Assembly: GCA_023334545.1 (NCBI GenBank)
Contig: JAADVB010000069.1
Coordinates: forward strand, 1 to 64,000
Origin: Salisapilia sapeloensis CBS 127946
Lineage: Eukaryota > Protista > Oomycota
DNA: 64,000 bases
Direction: 5' to 3'
Shown in pieces: positions 12,372-24,567 of the stretch. The notes beneath the pieces are model-generated. The model did not search any database and had not been told where the DNA came from. It saw only the letters and a list, made by a program, of their open reading frames with translations. Position numbers and translations under genes: made by a program. Each line of letters begins with the position of its first letter. The stretch's first letter is position 1.

Positions 12372-15300
12372 TTAAAAGAACTGAGCAGCTTTTTCATCTG
12401 CTTCTCGAAGATACGAAGTCGTTGCGGACGATAGGAACGAGACTCCTTTAACGGCAGATGAAAGTAGACTGGACCCAGCTCCAGAGATGAGTGATCCACG
12501 CTCATCAGCTCTTCCGTCTCGATCACTTTCTTCAAATAGTGAAAAGTCATTGCCGGAGGAACCTTGTGCAAAGTAGTTGCTCGTCACGTCGTTCGAAGAG
12601 GAACGTCGTTTCTTGAGCTGTCGCTGTCTTTGTGGCACTGGAAGCAATGAAAACCGAGGAACAGGCTCTGCAATTGTTACTCCCGTCACGTCATTCCGCG
12701 ATGAAATTACAATCGGCTCTCCTTCTACACTAGCAGTCAGTAGGCGTGTATAAAAGCATAAGGAGGTAGGTACCTATCTCGCTAATGTCGTTCGCTTCAG
12801 ACAAGGATGAAAAGAGCAATCGACTGCGTCGGAACTGAGTCACGACGTTCTTTACGACTTGTGGACCATAAATCTCCCAGTCGACTGGATCGACAAAGTC
12901 TCCAACGCGGTCAAAAAGTCTTTTGAGGCTTTTTAAACTATCACTTACATCATCCTCATCAATTTCGTCGCCCCAGCCGAACCGGACAAAGTCAGAGTAT
13001 CCTAATGTCGCTCGAACAAAGTACAAGTCAAAGAGGAACTGGAGACCACATCTCTCTCCAAAGTTGAGACCAAGAGATCTCACTTGAGCCTCCTTGGCGG
13101 ACTCTAATCGATCCACAGCAGCGTGGTACGTCTCTGCACTTTGGAGAGTCATTTGTTCCAACAGTGTTTCTCGTACTAGTCGCTCCATAAAGACGAGCTG
13201 CGTGTCATCTACAGACGATCGCCGTAGTTGGTAGTATGCTTCATCCAGAGCAAAGCAACAGAAGAAGAGGAAGGACGAGACGTTTGGCGTCTCTCGATAT
13301 GGCAGCCATACTTTTTCTTCTTGAGATGGTCCATCCGATGCTGTACCCTCATCCAAGTCCGACAGTTCATTCTCTTCATCTTGTGCATCGTCTAGTGAAG
13401 CAATAGTGAATTCATCCCATCCTTCATGCAAGTTCACCCATTCCTACGTGACAAGAAGTAGTTATGAGTTTTTCATAAGAGTGATAGAAGTATAGTGCCT
13501 ACCTCATTGGATAACGAGTACTCTTCGAGCTGAAGCAGTGCATGCAACGGCTGAATTTTCGAATGTACAAGTTCTTTGGACCATTCCTGACAATACGCTT
13601 TTGCTAGCGATTCAAATGTATGGATGAACACATCTGGATAGACATGCTTGTCCACAATTTGCGTTACGAAGAAGAAGGAGTGAAAGCCAAAGGACTGTTT
13701 CTCTCGAATCTCTTCTTCCAAGAAAGCTGGTAGACTGCTTTCTCCATTCGCCTGCATCCCTTCCATTGCCTTTCGTAGCTCTTTTCTTTGCAATCTTCCA
13801 TTAACACTCTTTTCAATCGACTCAAAATGACGTTCAGAATGGTCCAAACCGCTCTTTTTTCCTCCTTCTGCTGCCGCTGGAAACAGTAACTTCCTTCGCT
13901 CTGACGTAAGTCCACTAGCAACTGCTCCAATGGCATTCGTAGCTCTCAAGTACGTCATCCTACTTCCGTTTGCGCTCGATAGAAGTTTCTCTTCGAGAAA
14001 GATAACAAGCCGAAACACTGCTCGCATCAACTCTTCCGTCATCACACTCTGCACTTCACTTGATTGAAGAGCTTCAGCACTTTGATAGATAGATGTGAAC
14101 GTATCGTAGAATCCCGTGCGAGTAAAATCTTTCCGGACAGTCGAGTGGAACAAAAGCTCTTCAAACTCTGTCTCGAGTGTCGATACAGCGTCACTGAACG
14201 TACTGCGCACGAGCGTTCGAGCTCGCTGCCGAAAACACTGTGCAAGTAGAATGGAAAAGAAAGGGGAAGAAGCTTTGCGGTAGGGAGACGACGGTGGTGT
14301 CAGCTGGAGGAAGAGTTGTCTAGATGGAGATGAAGCGGGCGGCTCTTGAACTTCCAGCTTAGTTTGACAGGATGCAAGTGTTGCGATGGAATCGATACGA
14401 GTCAGTATCACCTGCGCCTTATCTTCGATCTAGTATTCGTGTTAAGCAAAGGCATAAAAGGGGTTGGAGAAGGGCATACCATAGACTGTTGACTTGTAAG
14501 CCATTCCTTCATGGCATCAACCAGTTGATGATTTGTAAGTCTTTCATAGGAAGCTTCTTTCATGTCGGAATATAAAAGAGCTTGGTGTCCATCCTTTGTC
14601 TTATAAAAGATCTCCACGACGTCGTAGAAAGTAGAGATGACGGACCGAACGAGTAAGTTTAACGCAGACAAAACACTTGGCTTTTTGCCTGTAGTACTAT
14701 CTTCCTTTCGTCCAAACCATTTTGCACGGGACTGAAGAAAGAGGTCTAATAAGGATTGCGTCGAAAGATAAGTCGTCGGCTCCAGATGAGCCACAGCTAC
14801 TAGACATCCACTGTAAAAAGCACTCGGCTGTCCTCGTACTTCCAAATACGCTTTCGATCGTGTCACTAGGGTCTATCATTTAACGTTAATACAAGTGTAG
14901 CTACTTTCAACTACGAGCATACCTCTTTCAAGCGTTGTAATGAAGACCACTCGGTCTCTAGGAAAGGCGAAGTATCTCCATGATGCACCTTGGCATACAC
15001 TGCTTGAGCTTGTTGGAACGTCGTCATAGCTTTAAGCATTTCTCCTCTTTCTATGAAATCCCATATCTCTTCACTAGCATTGACAAGGAGCTGGATACTG
15101 CTGTGCCTGTCATTATGCTGCAAATCGTTGTTTGAAGGACTTGCTGTTGGCGTCGGAACAGAGATCGGAGTGGTTAAAGCTGAGTGAAGTGTAGATTGCA
15201 CTTGTTCCCATCGAGATGGCATTTCTTGTAAGGACTGCTGCAGCTTCATAGCAGAAGAGTGCATGGATACGATTTGGTCCGCAGACTCGATCAGATCACG

Positions 15301-15608
15301 ATACCGCACTCCGATCATCGTCTGCATTTCCTTCGTTTTGTTCTTCTTTTCACGTCTATTGATGAATACAGCGTTAATAGATATATCATATAGCACTAAA
15401 GCATAGAAATTGCTTAATGGTAGCAAAAGCATTGATTATTAAAGAGATACACTCCCTTATGGGCGATTAAGAGTCCCATGGACAAGCTCAATCTTTATTT
15501 AGCTTTCAAATTGTAGGCATAACATTACCTCGTTCGTTCCAGCAATACCTTTGCATCAGCAACGGACATTTGCTGTAGATAATCATCCTCAACAATGACG
15601 TTCTCCAT
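12372..15608 (-). CDS. COG1: Conserved oligomeric Golgi complex subunit 1 (Vps51/COG1 family); multi-exon
   Basis: Spliced N-terminus MENVIVEDD..., EMQTMIGVRYRDLIESADQIVSM (Vps51/COG1 signature), LLVNASEEIW. Long helical body across ORFs 14911-15432, 14408-14866, 13473-14411, 12730-13437 and 12372-12689. Confidence 0.8.
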
Positions 15609-15734
15609 CCTCGGTCTCGCCCACGCTTCGGACGTGTTTTGCGTGTTATGCAAAATAGTCAAGCGGGTATATTATACACTCTTTGTACAATTTTGGTATA
15701 GAATAAATATAGTGAAGGATATAAATAGCGGGAC

Positions 15735-17338
15735 ATGAATCACGACATGAAAAACTCGTTTGGAAAAATGGAGGAGCCATCGAGTGAACCGCCGTTATTC
15801 GAGAGTTTACGGAGTCCAACGGCTAGTACAAATGTACTGGCTGGTACCAACAAACGATCGGTTTGTTTATATCTATACTATACGAATGAAAATGCACTTA
15901 CTGACCTAATTATCGAAATTTTCCCTATATTGTCCACTTGGAAATGGTCAACGATGCAAATCACATATAGTCAATTTCCACAGAAAGCAGCGAAGGTTCT
16001 ATGGGAGATGAACCTGCCACGAAAAAACCTCGGATCGTCTCGGCATCCGATTACTGGACCAAAGACCATTCGCAGCAAATTGAAGATAGTACATGCTTGT
16101 CTATGCTGCTCTGAGATAAACTGTACTCACCAAATATAATTCAGTTAAACTTCAGGAAATGCTGCGGTATCTGCGAGCCTCTAGAGCGTTCTACGATCTC
16201 CAGTACCAGATGAAGCGACCATCAGCAATTCTCAAGCTCAAGCCCAATCCAGTGGGTGTCATCCACAAGATCGTACTTTTCTTACTTTTAACCATACAAC
16301 TAGTTTGGCTTTCGACCCAATTCAACATTCGACGCACTGGCAGCACTCACATCTCCCCTTCGATCAAGACAAGTGCTTGGTATTATCTATATGTGCCCCC
16401 TAGTTGCTGAAAACTTGACGTTGGTACAGACGACTGGACGCCATTGGAAATCGGGACATTTGAAGAAGCCTTTGATCGTTTCGGCAAAAACTTTCATGCA
16501 ATTGCGGGCCATGTAAATTTTACTGTATATATTGTATCTTGTATAGCGATACTCAGATGAAAATTAGTTGAAGAACAAAACTGCACACGAAGCTATCGAG
16601 TTTTACTACATTTGGAAAAAGTATCGACGCACAGGCAGCGAAAGTGATGATCTACCACTAGATGATGATTTCTTACCCGAGCCGGATCCAGGGATGAGCT
16701 CGGAAGTCTACGCTTTCTACGTCAACCTCACCCGTATGACCTGCCCACATCTATCATTTATGTCATTCTCATAAAGGAACAGGGCGACAAGCGTGTATAC
16801 GAGAGTATTTCGATGCAGCGAGGAAGCTGAGCGGCCCTGTCCCTCCACGCCACCCGCATCGCATCGTATCATCTTCCTCCGTCGTATCTGCGCTTGGTCT
16901 CCGTCCTCCTCCTGGACTCCGACCGACAATTCAAAAGAACTCTCTATTACGCCAGTCTACTGTCCTTGGTACGCGTTTCTCCTATACACTTCATACCTCT
17001 TTATTTACTTGTTTGAAGACAACTGGACACCCTTTGAAATTCGTATCTTCGAAGCTGCCATCGAATGCTTTGGCAAACAATTTCACCTCATTGCACAGCA
17101 GGTAGTATACTTGTATCAGCGTGTAAAGAAACCTAGGTTGATTCGTACATGATAGATCGAAACGAAAAATTGTGCCCAAGTTGTCGCTTTCTACTATGTG
17201 TGGAAGAAAGATCCACAGTATCGGATCGTCAAGAACCGATGGGATAAAAGCGACAGTCGGAAGAATTCGCCTGATGCAACAGCTTTGGATGAAGCGACAT
17301 CGACAGTCGTTCCGGATAAGACAGACGCATCTATATAG
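15735..17338 (+). CDS. Tandem SANT/Myb-like domain protein (ELM2-SANT/MIER-type repeats); multi-exon
   Basis: Two repeats: DDWTPLEIGTFEEAFDRFGKNFHAIA...KTAHEAIEFYYIWKK and DNWTPFEIRIFEAAIECFGKQFHLIA...KNCAQVVAFYYVWKK. Confidence 0.7.
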
Positions 17339-17357
17339 ATGTTTCGATTCATTTTCT

Positions 17358-18977
17358 TTAACTCTCATCCTTTTCATCCCTCCTTCCATCTGCACCGTGT
17401 CCAAAATTCTTGCCAAAGAACATTTCCTTGTCAAAGTCACTCCCGATGAATTGTGCTTTATCCACTTTGCGTGCCTTGTCGATCAATTCTTGTGCTTCTA
17501 ATCGATGCGCCTTTTGCTTGGCACTACTCTCGTCTCCACCACATCCATACACTTCCATACTGTTGATCGTAAAGCGTTTCTTTTTCGACAAGGGACCAGA
17601 GACAAAGGTAAAGCCTTTGGAAGAGGCATAGCAGTCTTCATCCAGGTCTTCACCAAGAAATAAACGAAAGTTATCAATGGTACCACCCATACCGAGACCA
17701 TTCGGCAGCTTGACACCTTTTGTGTGAATGTACATACTACCGGAGCTAGCGGATGCAATGGGGTAGATGGAAAGTGACTGGTGTAGTTGGAAGAGGAAGC
17801 AGCCACTGCCGCCGAAGAAAGTGGTTGAGGTCTTCCACTCTTCATCACAAAACATTCCAAAGACAGCTATACAGAACAATTTAGCTTTAAAGGGACTAGG
17901 AGGTTATGGAAGCTTACCTCCATCGGTGTCTTGGATAATGAAGAGGGTGGGACCAGAGTAACCGAGGATGTGGTAGCAAAGGCGATTGAAAGAGAGTCCG
18001 TCTTTGGATGTTGTATAGATGCGATCGATAGGACGCTGCAATGCTGTTGTCACACTTGATAATGCTAGCAACTGGGGTCTACATATACTAATTAGCACCA
18101 GAAGTGAAAAGGTGGTTGGGTGGTAAATGTACCTCGTTAGCACTTCTGAAGACGCGTCAGATTCAGGACAAGTATACTTTGGATTGCTTTGCTCCAAACA
18201 TTTACTTGTAACGCACTGTGCAACAACAGAGTAGAAGAGTGGGAACTGTCGATCACAGTACTTGACAAAAGCGTCTTCTTGGATCTCATTTTCGTTCCCG
18301 TTGATGCTGTTTAACTGAGCAGACTGGATCGCAGCGTGACTCATTTGGTGGGCAACTTGCTCCCACTCTTTGGACTGTGAGTCGATAGGAGCACTTTGGT
18401 TGGCAGCAAGAAGCCAGAAGAAGAATAGAGACGGGAGGGTAGATGAAGATAGTACGTCCTTATCACCGGAGAATAGGTGGAAGAAAGCTCTTGTCACGGC
18501 TTGAGACGACGCTCGGGTGAGTTGAGACACTCCTTTAACAAAGTCGTCTCTATCCATACTTTTGCTATTGTTGTCAGGGTCTTCCAATAACTTTTGTCGT
18601 TGGCAGTGCTGGAAGAAATTATTGCCCATCGACTGAATCGATTGTGCTATGTCAGAAGGCGTATCTGACGGCAAGGGTAGCTCAAGCCATTTCTGCAACT
18701 ATTCGTTAGTACCTACAATGCAATCTTCTCATGGATGTAAGGTTTTGAACCTGTAACTGCGCTTGGATGGCGTCTACCTTTGGAACCGAGCAGATTTGAT
18801 CGTATTTGGCAGCAATTTCATCATATTCCTACTCATAAAATAAAGGATAGTGCGTCAACTCACGCTCATACAATTTGCAGTTCATAGGTTACAATCTCAA
18901 CGTACATGATCGCTAAACGGTCCCTTCCAAGCCTTGCTCTTGGCCGGAGAAGCTCCATGACTCGCCATATTCCCCAT
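17358..18977 (-). CDS. TLDc-domain protein (TLDC1/MEAK7-like) with N-myristoylation-type start
   Basis: Exon 1 MGNMASHGASPAKSK. TLDc motifs IYTTSKDGLSFNRL, YSGPTLFIIQDTDG, FFGGSGCFLFQL, NGLGMGG and MEVYGCGG. Confidence 0.82.
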
Positions 18978-19133
18978 TTTTCGTCTTTGTTGCAATTGTA
19001 CCATCTACGTACCGTTCAAGAAATAAAAGAAAAAGAGAACGTAAGATTTCGATGCTCGATGGCAACTCAACTCTAAGTACTACTCTTTGTAGCCTCTGTA
19101 TTTGTAAGTGACAGTGCATTGCAAGCCTCCTAC

Positions 19134-20228
19134 TTATAGGGTCATAAACCAGTCTCGAGTTTCGGCAATCCCGCGAGCAAAGTCATACTCGGCGTCGAAG
19201 CCGAGCTTGGTACTCGACTTCACCTTGCTGCAAACGCTTTCTTTCACGTCACCTTGACGATAGGCAACGTGAGTGATCTCAGCGGACGAGCCGAACTTTT
19301 CCTTGACTTTCTGTGCCACCTCATTAATCGAAGTCTTGACTCCGGTGCACACGTTAAAGACGTCAAACTCCTTGTCTGGCAGCAGCATGGCCGTTCGAAT
19401 GGCACGAGCAACGTCCTTGACGAAGACGAAGTCACGGTATTGCTCGCCATCTCCCGTCACCTTGATCGTTCCGTTCGTCTTGGCCTGGTCCATGAACCAC
19501 GAGACGACACCAGAGTAGTCCGAGTTCGGGTCTTGACGAGGTCCGTAGACATTAAAGAAGCGGAGAGCAGTCGATGGTAGTCCAAATCGTCGGTTGTACT
19601 CGGCCATGAGCTTTTCCATATCGAATTTCGTCGTCGCGTAGGCACAGATACCGCCCTTGGCAGAGTCCTCTTGGAGTGGAATGTCCTCTGGCTCTGGGAT
19701 ACCATACGTGGCACCGGAAGAAGCGGCGACGACACGCTTGACACCGTTCTGGAGTGCCCAGTCGAGGACTTTGCGACTGCCACCGACGTTGATCCGCTCG
19801 TACTTTTCCGGCAAGCGCGTGCTCTCTTCGACAGAGATGGCAGCTGCCAAGTGGACAATGTAGTCGATCTTGTGCACGACAAAGTTGTAGTCGTCCACCT
19901 CGGTAATGTCTTTCACGAGGATGGCAGCCGTGTCGCGATTAAAGTTGCGACCATTGCTCATGTCGTCGTAGATGACGACGTGGAAGCCATTGTCAACCAG
20001 GTCCTCCACGACATGACTGCCGATAAAGCCCAGGCCTCCTGTAACCAATACCGTCGGCTTGGTCACGACTGCTTGGTACGAGTTCGTGTGTAGCCCAGAA
20101 AAATCATATCCACGACCTAGGATGGATCCTAGTAAAAAGAGGAAGATGGCTCCTAGGAAGACGTATCCTCGCGGGAGTAGCATCCATCCATTCGCATCTG
20201 CAATTTGCTTTTTATTTGAACTCGACAT
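19134..20228 (-). CDS. NAD-dependent epimerase/dehydratase (extended SDR, UDP-sugar 4-epimerase-like) with N-terminal TM anchor
   Basis: VLVTGGLGFIGSH, HLAAAISV, YATTK (YxxxK), LRFFNVYGPRQDP, RDFVFVKDVA. Hydrophobic YVFLGAIFLFLLGSILG near the N-terminus. Confidence 0.9.
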   Translation of the reverse strand: MSSSNKKQIADANGWMLLPRGYVFLGAIFLFLLGSILGRGYDFSGLHTNSYQAVVTKPTVLVTGGLGFIGSHVVEDLVDNGFHVVIYDDMSNGRNFNRDTAAILVKDITEVDDYNFVVHKIDYIVHLAAAISVEESTRLPEKYERINVGGSRKVLDWALQNGVKRVVAASSGATYGIPEPEDIPLQEDSAKGGICAYATTKFDMEKLMAEYNRRFGLPSTALRFFNVYGPRQDPNSDYSGVVSWFMDQAKTNGTIKVTGDGEQYRDFVFVKDVARAIRTAMLLPDKEFDVFNVCTGVKTSINEVAQKVKEKFGSSAEITHVAYRQGDVKESVCSKVKSSTKLGFDAEYDFARGIAETRDWFMTL

Positions 20229-20840
20229 GCTCCTTATCTGCCACCTCGAGTGCCTAGTTTGAAATGACCTCGGATAGAAGACTCCCCACTTTGCATGCAC
20301 ATGACTGACGTCTATTTAATTGGGCTACATGATAGATACGTTTCACTTACGGGTGCTTGGCTGCTGCTTCAGAAATACGGTCGTCGAGTTAGATGTTTCT
20401 ACACCGATATGAACCGAATCTCAGGAGCTACTTGCATGCACGTAAACGTTAGAAAAGGATCGGTTGGTCGGTCGCAACCGGTAGCAAGGGCAAGTGACCT
20501 ATTGCAATCCTAGGTCAACTGATAATGCCGGAGCACATGCCTTGAAGTTGAGTGCAGGTTCAACAACTGGAGCCTGCGGCATCCACTCGAGTGTGATGAC
20601 AGCACATCCTTTGCTCCACCAGAGGATGCCTGCCCTGCTCATCGAATGTTCCTCCACGTCTGTTATATGGCACCCATCTCACCTACGTCGGAGAAAGATA
20701 ACGAAAAAGTAAAGAAAGCAAATTTGCAATCTCTTTGTTTTATGCCTCTGAGAGGTAGCATGTCGAGGTCGCGCTAGATCGCGCCTTTCATATCCTTCTA
20801 CCTCCAACAAAAACTTCTTCTACGCCCAAAACAATGCGAC

Positions 20841-23153
20841 TTACTGCTGCGGCGCCACAGGAGCAGCAATGTCCTCACGAGAAGGCACCTTGCTGTCCGT
20901 CGGAACGTTCAGCAGACCGCGGCCGTGGTTGATGCTCATAAAGAAGTCACCGAAGACTAGCGAGATGATCGCCATGAGCTTCATCAAGATGTTGAGCGCT
21001 GGGCCGGACGTGTCCTTCAACGGGTCACCGACCGTGTCACCAATGACAGCGGCCTTGTGGATCTGGCTGCCCTTGCCTTGGACAATGAGCTTGCCCTCCT
21101 TGTCCTCGACGGACACGCAGCCCTTCTCAACGTACTTCTTGGCGTTGTCCCACGCGCCACCAGTGTTCGACTGGGAGATAGCGAGCTGGACACCAGACGT
21201 CAGGGCACCGACGAGGAGACCAGACACGGCGTGGACACCGAGGAGCGCACCAGTGAGGATCGGGGACAGCATCACGAGCAGACCAGGCGGGATCATCTCA
21301 CGCAGAGAAGCGTCCGTCGAGATCTTGATGCAGCGAGCGTGATCCGGCGGGCCGTGACCGGGGAGACCTTCAAGGAGACCCGGGATCGTGGCAAACTGGT
21401 GCTTGACCTCCTTGACCATCTCCATGGCGGCAATACCGACCGACTTCATCGTCAACGCCGTGAACCAGTACGGAAGCATGGCGCCCATGAAGAGACCAGC
21501 AAAGGTGATCGGAGACAAGATGTTGATCTGCGTCTCCTCAATACGGGTGACAAAGCCACCGAAGAGAGCAAGAGACACTAGAGCAGCGGAACCGATGGCG
21601 AAACCCTTACCAATAGCAGCAGTGGTGTTACCAGCAGCGTCGAGGGCATCCGTTTTGTCACGCACTTCAGCCGGGAGCTCAGCCATCTCGGCGATACCAC
21701 CAGCGTTGTCACAGATAGGACCGTAGACATCGATCGACAGGCACGTCGCGAGCGTACCGAGGAAGCCGAGAGCAGCAAGGGCGACACCGTACATGCCACC
21801 GATCGAGAAGCCGACGTAGACGGCAATCGAGATGACCGAGATCGGGATGATAGCGGACTTGTAACCGAGGGCGAGACCGTAGATGATGTTCGTGGCAGCA
21901 CCAGTCTCACAGGACTGAGCGACCTCACGCACCGGCTGGTAGCTGTGCGACGTGTAGTACTCGGTTACAAAGCCGACGATGCAGCCACCCCAGAGACCAA
22001 CGGCAATGCAGACCACAGCCTTGATCGGCGTGCAGTGGTAGACACCAGCGATGATGAACTCAGACGGGAGCATCCAGAGCGCAACCGGGAACATGGCAGC
22101 GGTCATCACGGCCGTGGACACGAAGATCTGGACCTTGAGAACAGTCTCAACGTTCTTCTCTTCCTTGACAGGCCAGATGTGGGTCGCAAGGAAGCTCGTG
22201 ATCGCCGACGAGAAGATACCACTCGCCGTAATGGCGAGCGGGAAGAGCACACTCGGCCATCCGCCAGCAATAATCTCTTCACTCTGGGTGGAGATCACAA
22301 GGGCAGCGCACGTGGACTCAGCCAACGAACCGAAGAGGTCCGATCCCATACCAGCAACATCACCGACGTTATCACCGACATTGTCAGCAATGGTAGCAGG
22401 GTTACGCGGGTCATCTTCCGGGATGTTCTCAACGACCTTACCGCTCAAGTCGGCACCGACGTCGGCAGCCTTGGTATAAATACCACCACCAACACGTCCG
22501 AACATGGCGATGGACGATCCACCTAACCCGTATCCGGCAATGGCTTCAAAGAGGTCCTTGGAGTTCGTGTCGAGCGAGTATTGCTTCTCGAAGAGGACGA
22601 TGAGCAAGTAAAGCACGAGGAGGGCAATGGACGAGAGACCGTAGCCCATGACACCTCCGGCACGGAAGGCCGTGTTGAACGACTCCTTCCATCCCTTCGA
22701 GCCTTCGTGCATAGCTTCAACGGTCGTACGGGCGTTAGCGTAGACGGCGACCATCATACCGAGGTATCCCGAGGCCATGGAGGTGAGACCGCCGACAGCA
22801 AAGGCCGTGGCGTTGAGGGCACCGAACATCCAGTCAAAGGTCTTGTCCTCCTTGTTCACAAAGGCCGTGAGGACAAGGACGATTCCACCAAAGACGATGA
22901 TGAAAGCAAAGCAAAGCGTGTATTCAGCCAAGAGGAAGGCACGCGCACCTTCTTGGATGGCCGTAAAGATCTCATAGAGACGCTCAGCAGTTTGTGCGCG
23001 CGTGTCGGACGAGAGAAGCGAGTAGTTTTCACCGCGCTTGGTCACCTTGACGCGGGACACTTCAAAGAAGAGGTAGCCGGCGAAGGCGAGACCGAAGACA
23101 CCGGCCGTAACAATGTAGATAAAGGCACCAAAGTCGGCCGCCATGATGCTCAC
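20841..23153 (-). CDS. Vacuolar-type H+-translocating pyrophosphatase, K+-dependent type
   Basis: GGGIYTKAADVGADLSGKVVENIPEDDPRNP, DNVGDNVGD, GGAWDNAKKY and GDTVGDPLKDTSGP. GNTTAA (Ala rather than Lys) indicates the K+-stimulated class. Confidence 0.97.
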   Translation of the reverse strand: MSIMAADFGAFIYIVTAGVFGLAFAGYLFFEVSRVKVTKRGENYSLLSSDTRAQTAERLYEIFTAIQEGARAFLLAEYTLCFAFIIVFGGIVLVLTAFVNKEDKTFDWMFGALNATAFAVGGLTSMASGYLGMMVAVYANARTTVEAMHEGSKGWKESFNTAFRAGGVMGYGLSSIALLVLYLLIVLFEKQYSLDTNSKDLFEAIAGYGLGGSSIAMFGRVGGGIYTKAADVGADLSGKVVENIPEDDPRNPATIADNVGDNVGDVAGMGSDLFGSLAESTCAALVISTQSEEIIAGGWPSVLFPLAITASGIFSSAITSFLATHIWPVKEEKNVETVLKVQIFVSTAVMTAAMFPVALWMLPSEFIIAGVYHCTPIKAVVCIAVGLWGGCIVGFVTEYYTSHSYQPVREVAQSCETGAATNIIYGLALGYKSAIIPISVISIAVYVGFSIGGMYGVALAALGFLGTLATCLSIDVYGPICDNAGGIAEMAELPAEVRDKTDALDAAGNTTAAIGKGFAIGSAALVSLALFGGFVTRIEETQINILSPITFAGLFMGAMLPYWFTALTMKSVGIAAMEMVKEVKHQFATIPGLLEGLPGHGPPDHARCIKISTDASLREMIPPGLLVMLSPILTGALLGVHAVSGLLVGALTSGVQLAISQSNTGGAWDNAKKYVEKGCVSVEDKEGKLIVQGKGSQIHKAAVIGDTVGDPLKDTSGPALNILMKLMAIISLVFGDFFMSINHGRGLLNVPTDSKVPSREDIAAPVAPQQ

Positions 23154-23200
23154 TCGAGAAGGCGCTTAGCAAGGAGATCTAAAAGATCTGAGTCGAAGGC

Positions 23201-23219
23201 GGCAAATCGGAGAATGAAG
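23201..23219 (-). promoter_or_regulatory. Oomycete Inr+FPR core promoter of H+-PPase
   Basis: Minus strand reads CTTCATTCTCCGATTTGCC, about 50-65 nt upstream of the ATG. Confidence 0.6.
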
Positions 23220-23514
23220 AGAGCGTGGGGCTCCAAGCGCACTTGAGAAGACGGAAGATATGTGGCAATGTAGGATGAAATCCATGCGCTTGTTTCGATT
23301 TTGATCGACGAAAAGCTACGAAATTTAAAGCGCGCAGTTGACCTCAACGGACTTTACCTCGAGACGAGGGATCAGAGCGTGCGTCTGATAATCGCCGTCC
23401 CAGCTGTTGATCGCTTGACTCCGTTTTTCTATGTGTACGGTTCGATATCCTGAAAAGGCGTGCACGTACTTGATCGAATTGTGCTTGTCAACCAACCAGA
23501 TCGAAGTTGACAAC

Positions 23515-24537
23515 ATGTCCGTCCGCCGTAATGTCCGCCTGCGTCGAGAGTACTTGTACCGCAAGTCGCTAGAAGGCAAGGAACGAGCGCAGTATGAGCG
23601 TAAAGTTCAGCTGAAAGATGCCATTCGAGGTAAAGTGCTTGGAACAGAAGCTTGGTATGTAGTGAGCTGACACGCAATAGAGGGCAAGCCGATTCCGACG
23701 GAATTGCGAGGCCAAGAGCATCAGCTGAAGAACGAGATCGACTATGAAGATATGGCGCATGAGAAACCCACCTCCCATATCGATGACGAGTACAGGTCTG
23801 CTGGACTCGTAGATCCGAAAATCGCTGTCACAACATCGCGCGACCCGAGCTCCCGGCTGAAGCAATTCGCACAGGAGCTTCGTCTCATCTTTCCCAACGC
23901 CATTCGTCTCAACCGAGGCGCACACACAGTCTCTGACGTACGTACCGTATCCTCCTACGGCATTTTAAGTATGTATCTGAGAATCTGAATATAGTTGGTG
24001 GAGAGTGCTCGGACACATGAGTTCACCGACCTCGTCATTGTCACCGAGACACGAGGCGAGCCAGGTACTTTTATATACTCATAACACACCAAGCAAGTGT
24101 CTAAGAAAAGTATAGATGGACTAGTCGTCTGCCATCTACCGTACGGCCCGACGGCCTACTTTAGTCTTCGCAACGCTGTATTGCGTCATGACATTGAAGA
24201 CCGAGCGACCATCTCAGAGGCGTATCCGCACCTCATTTTTCACCAGTTCGAAACGCAGCTCGGAACTCGAGTGAGCAACATCCTCAAGCACCTCTTCCCA
24301 GTCCCGAAATCGGATTCGAAGCGTGTGATCACGTTCGCGAATGACAATGACTACATTTCGTTCCGTCATCACGTGTACAAGAAGAGTGGGAAGGAAGTGG
24401 ATTTACAGGAGTGTGGGCCTCGCTTTGAACTGCAGCTATATCAGTTGAAACTCGGCACGTGCGACCAGAAGGAGGCCGAGAACGAATGGGTCCTGCGACC
24501 GTACATGAACTCGTCCAAGAAGCGCCGTGTCCTCTAG
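23515..24537 (+). CDS. IMP4: U3 snoRNP protein IMP4 (Brix domain); multi-exon
   Basis: MSVRRNVRLRREYLYRK, DPKIAVTTSRDPSSRLKQFAQEL, HLPYGPTAYFSL, DYISFRHHVY, ECGPRFELQLY. Confidence 0.95.
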
Positions 24538-24567
24538 GCAATAGACTTTCCAAAGAACTTTTCTATT

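Noticed and set aside
20869-23246. Multiple 110-220 aa + strand ORFs antisense to the H+-PPase
   Set aside because: Codon-bias shadow ORFs with no motifs.
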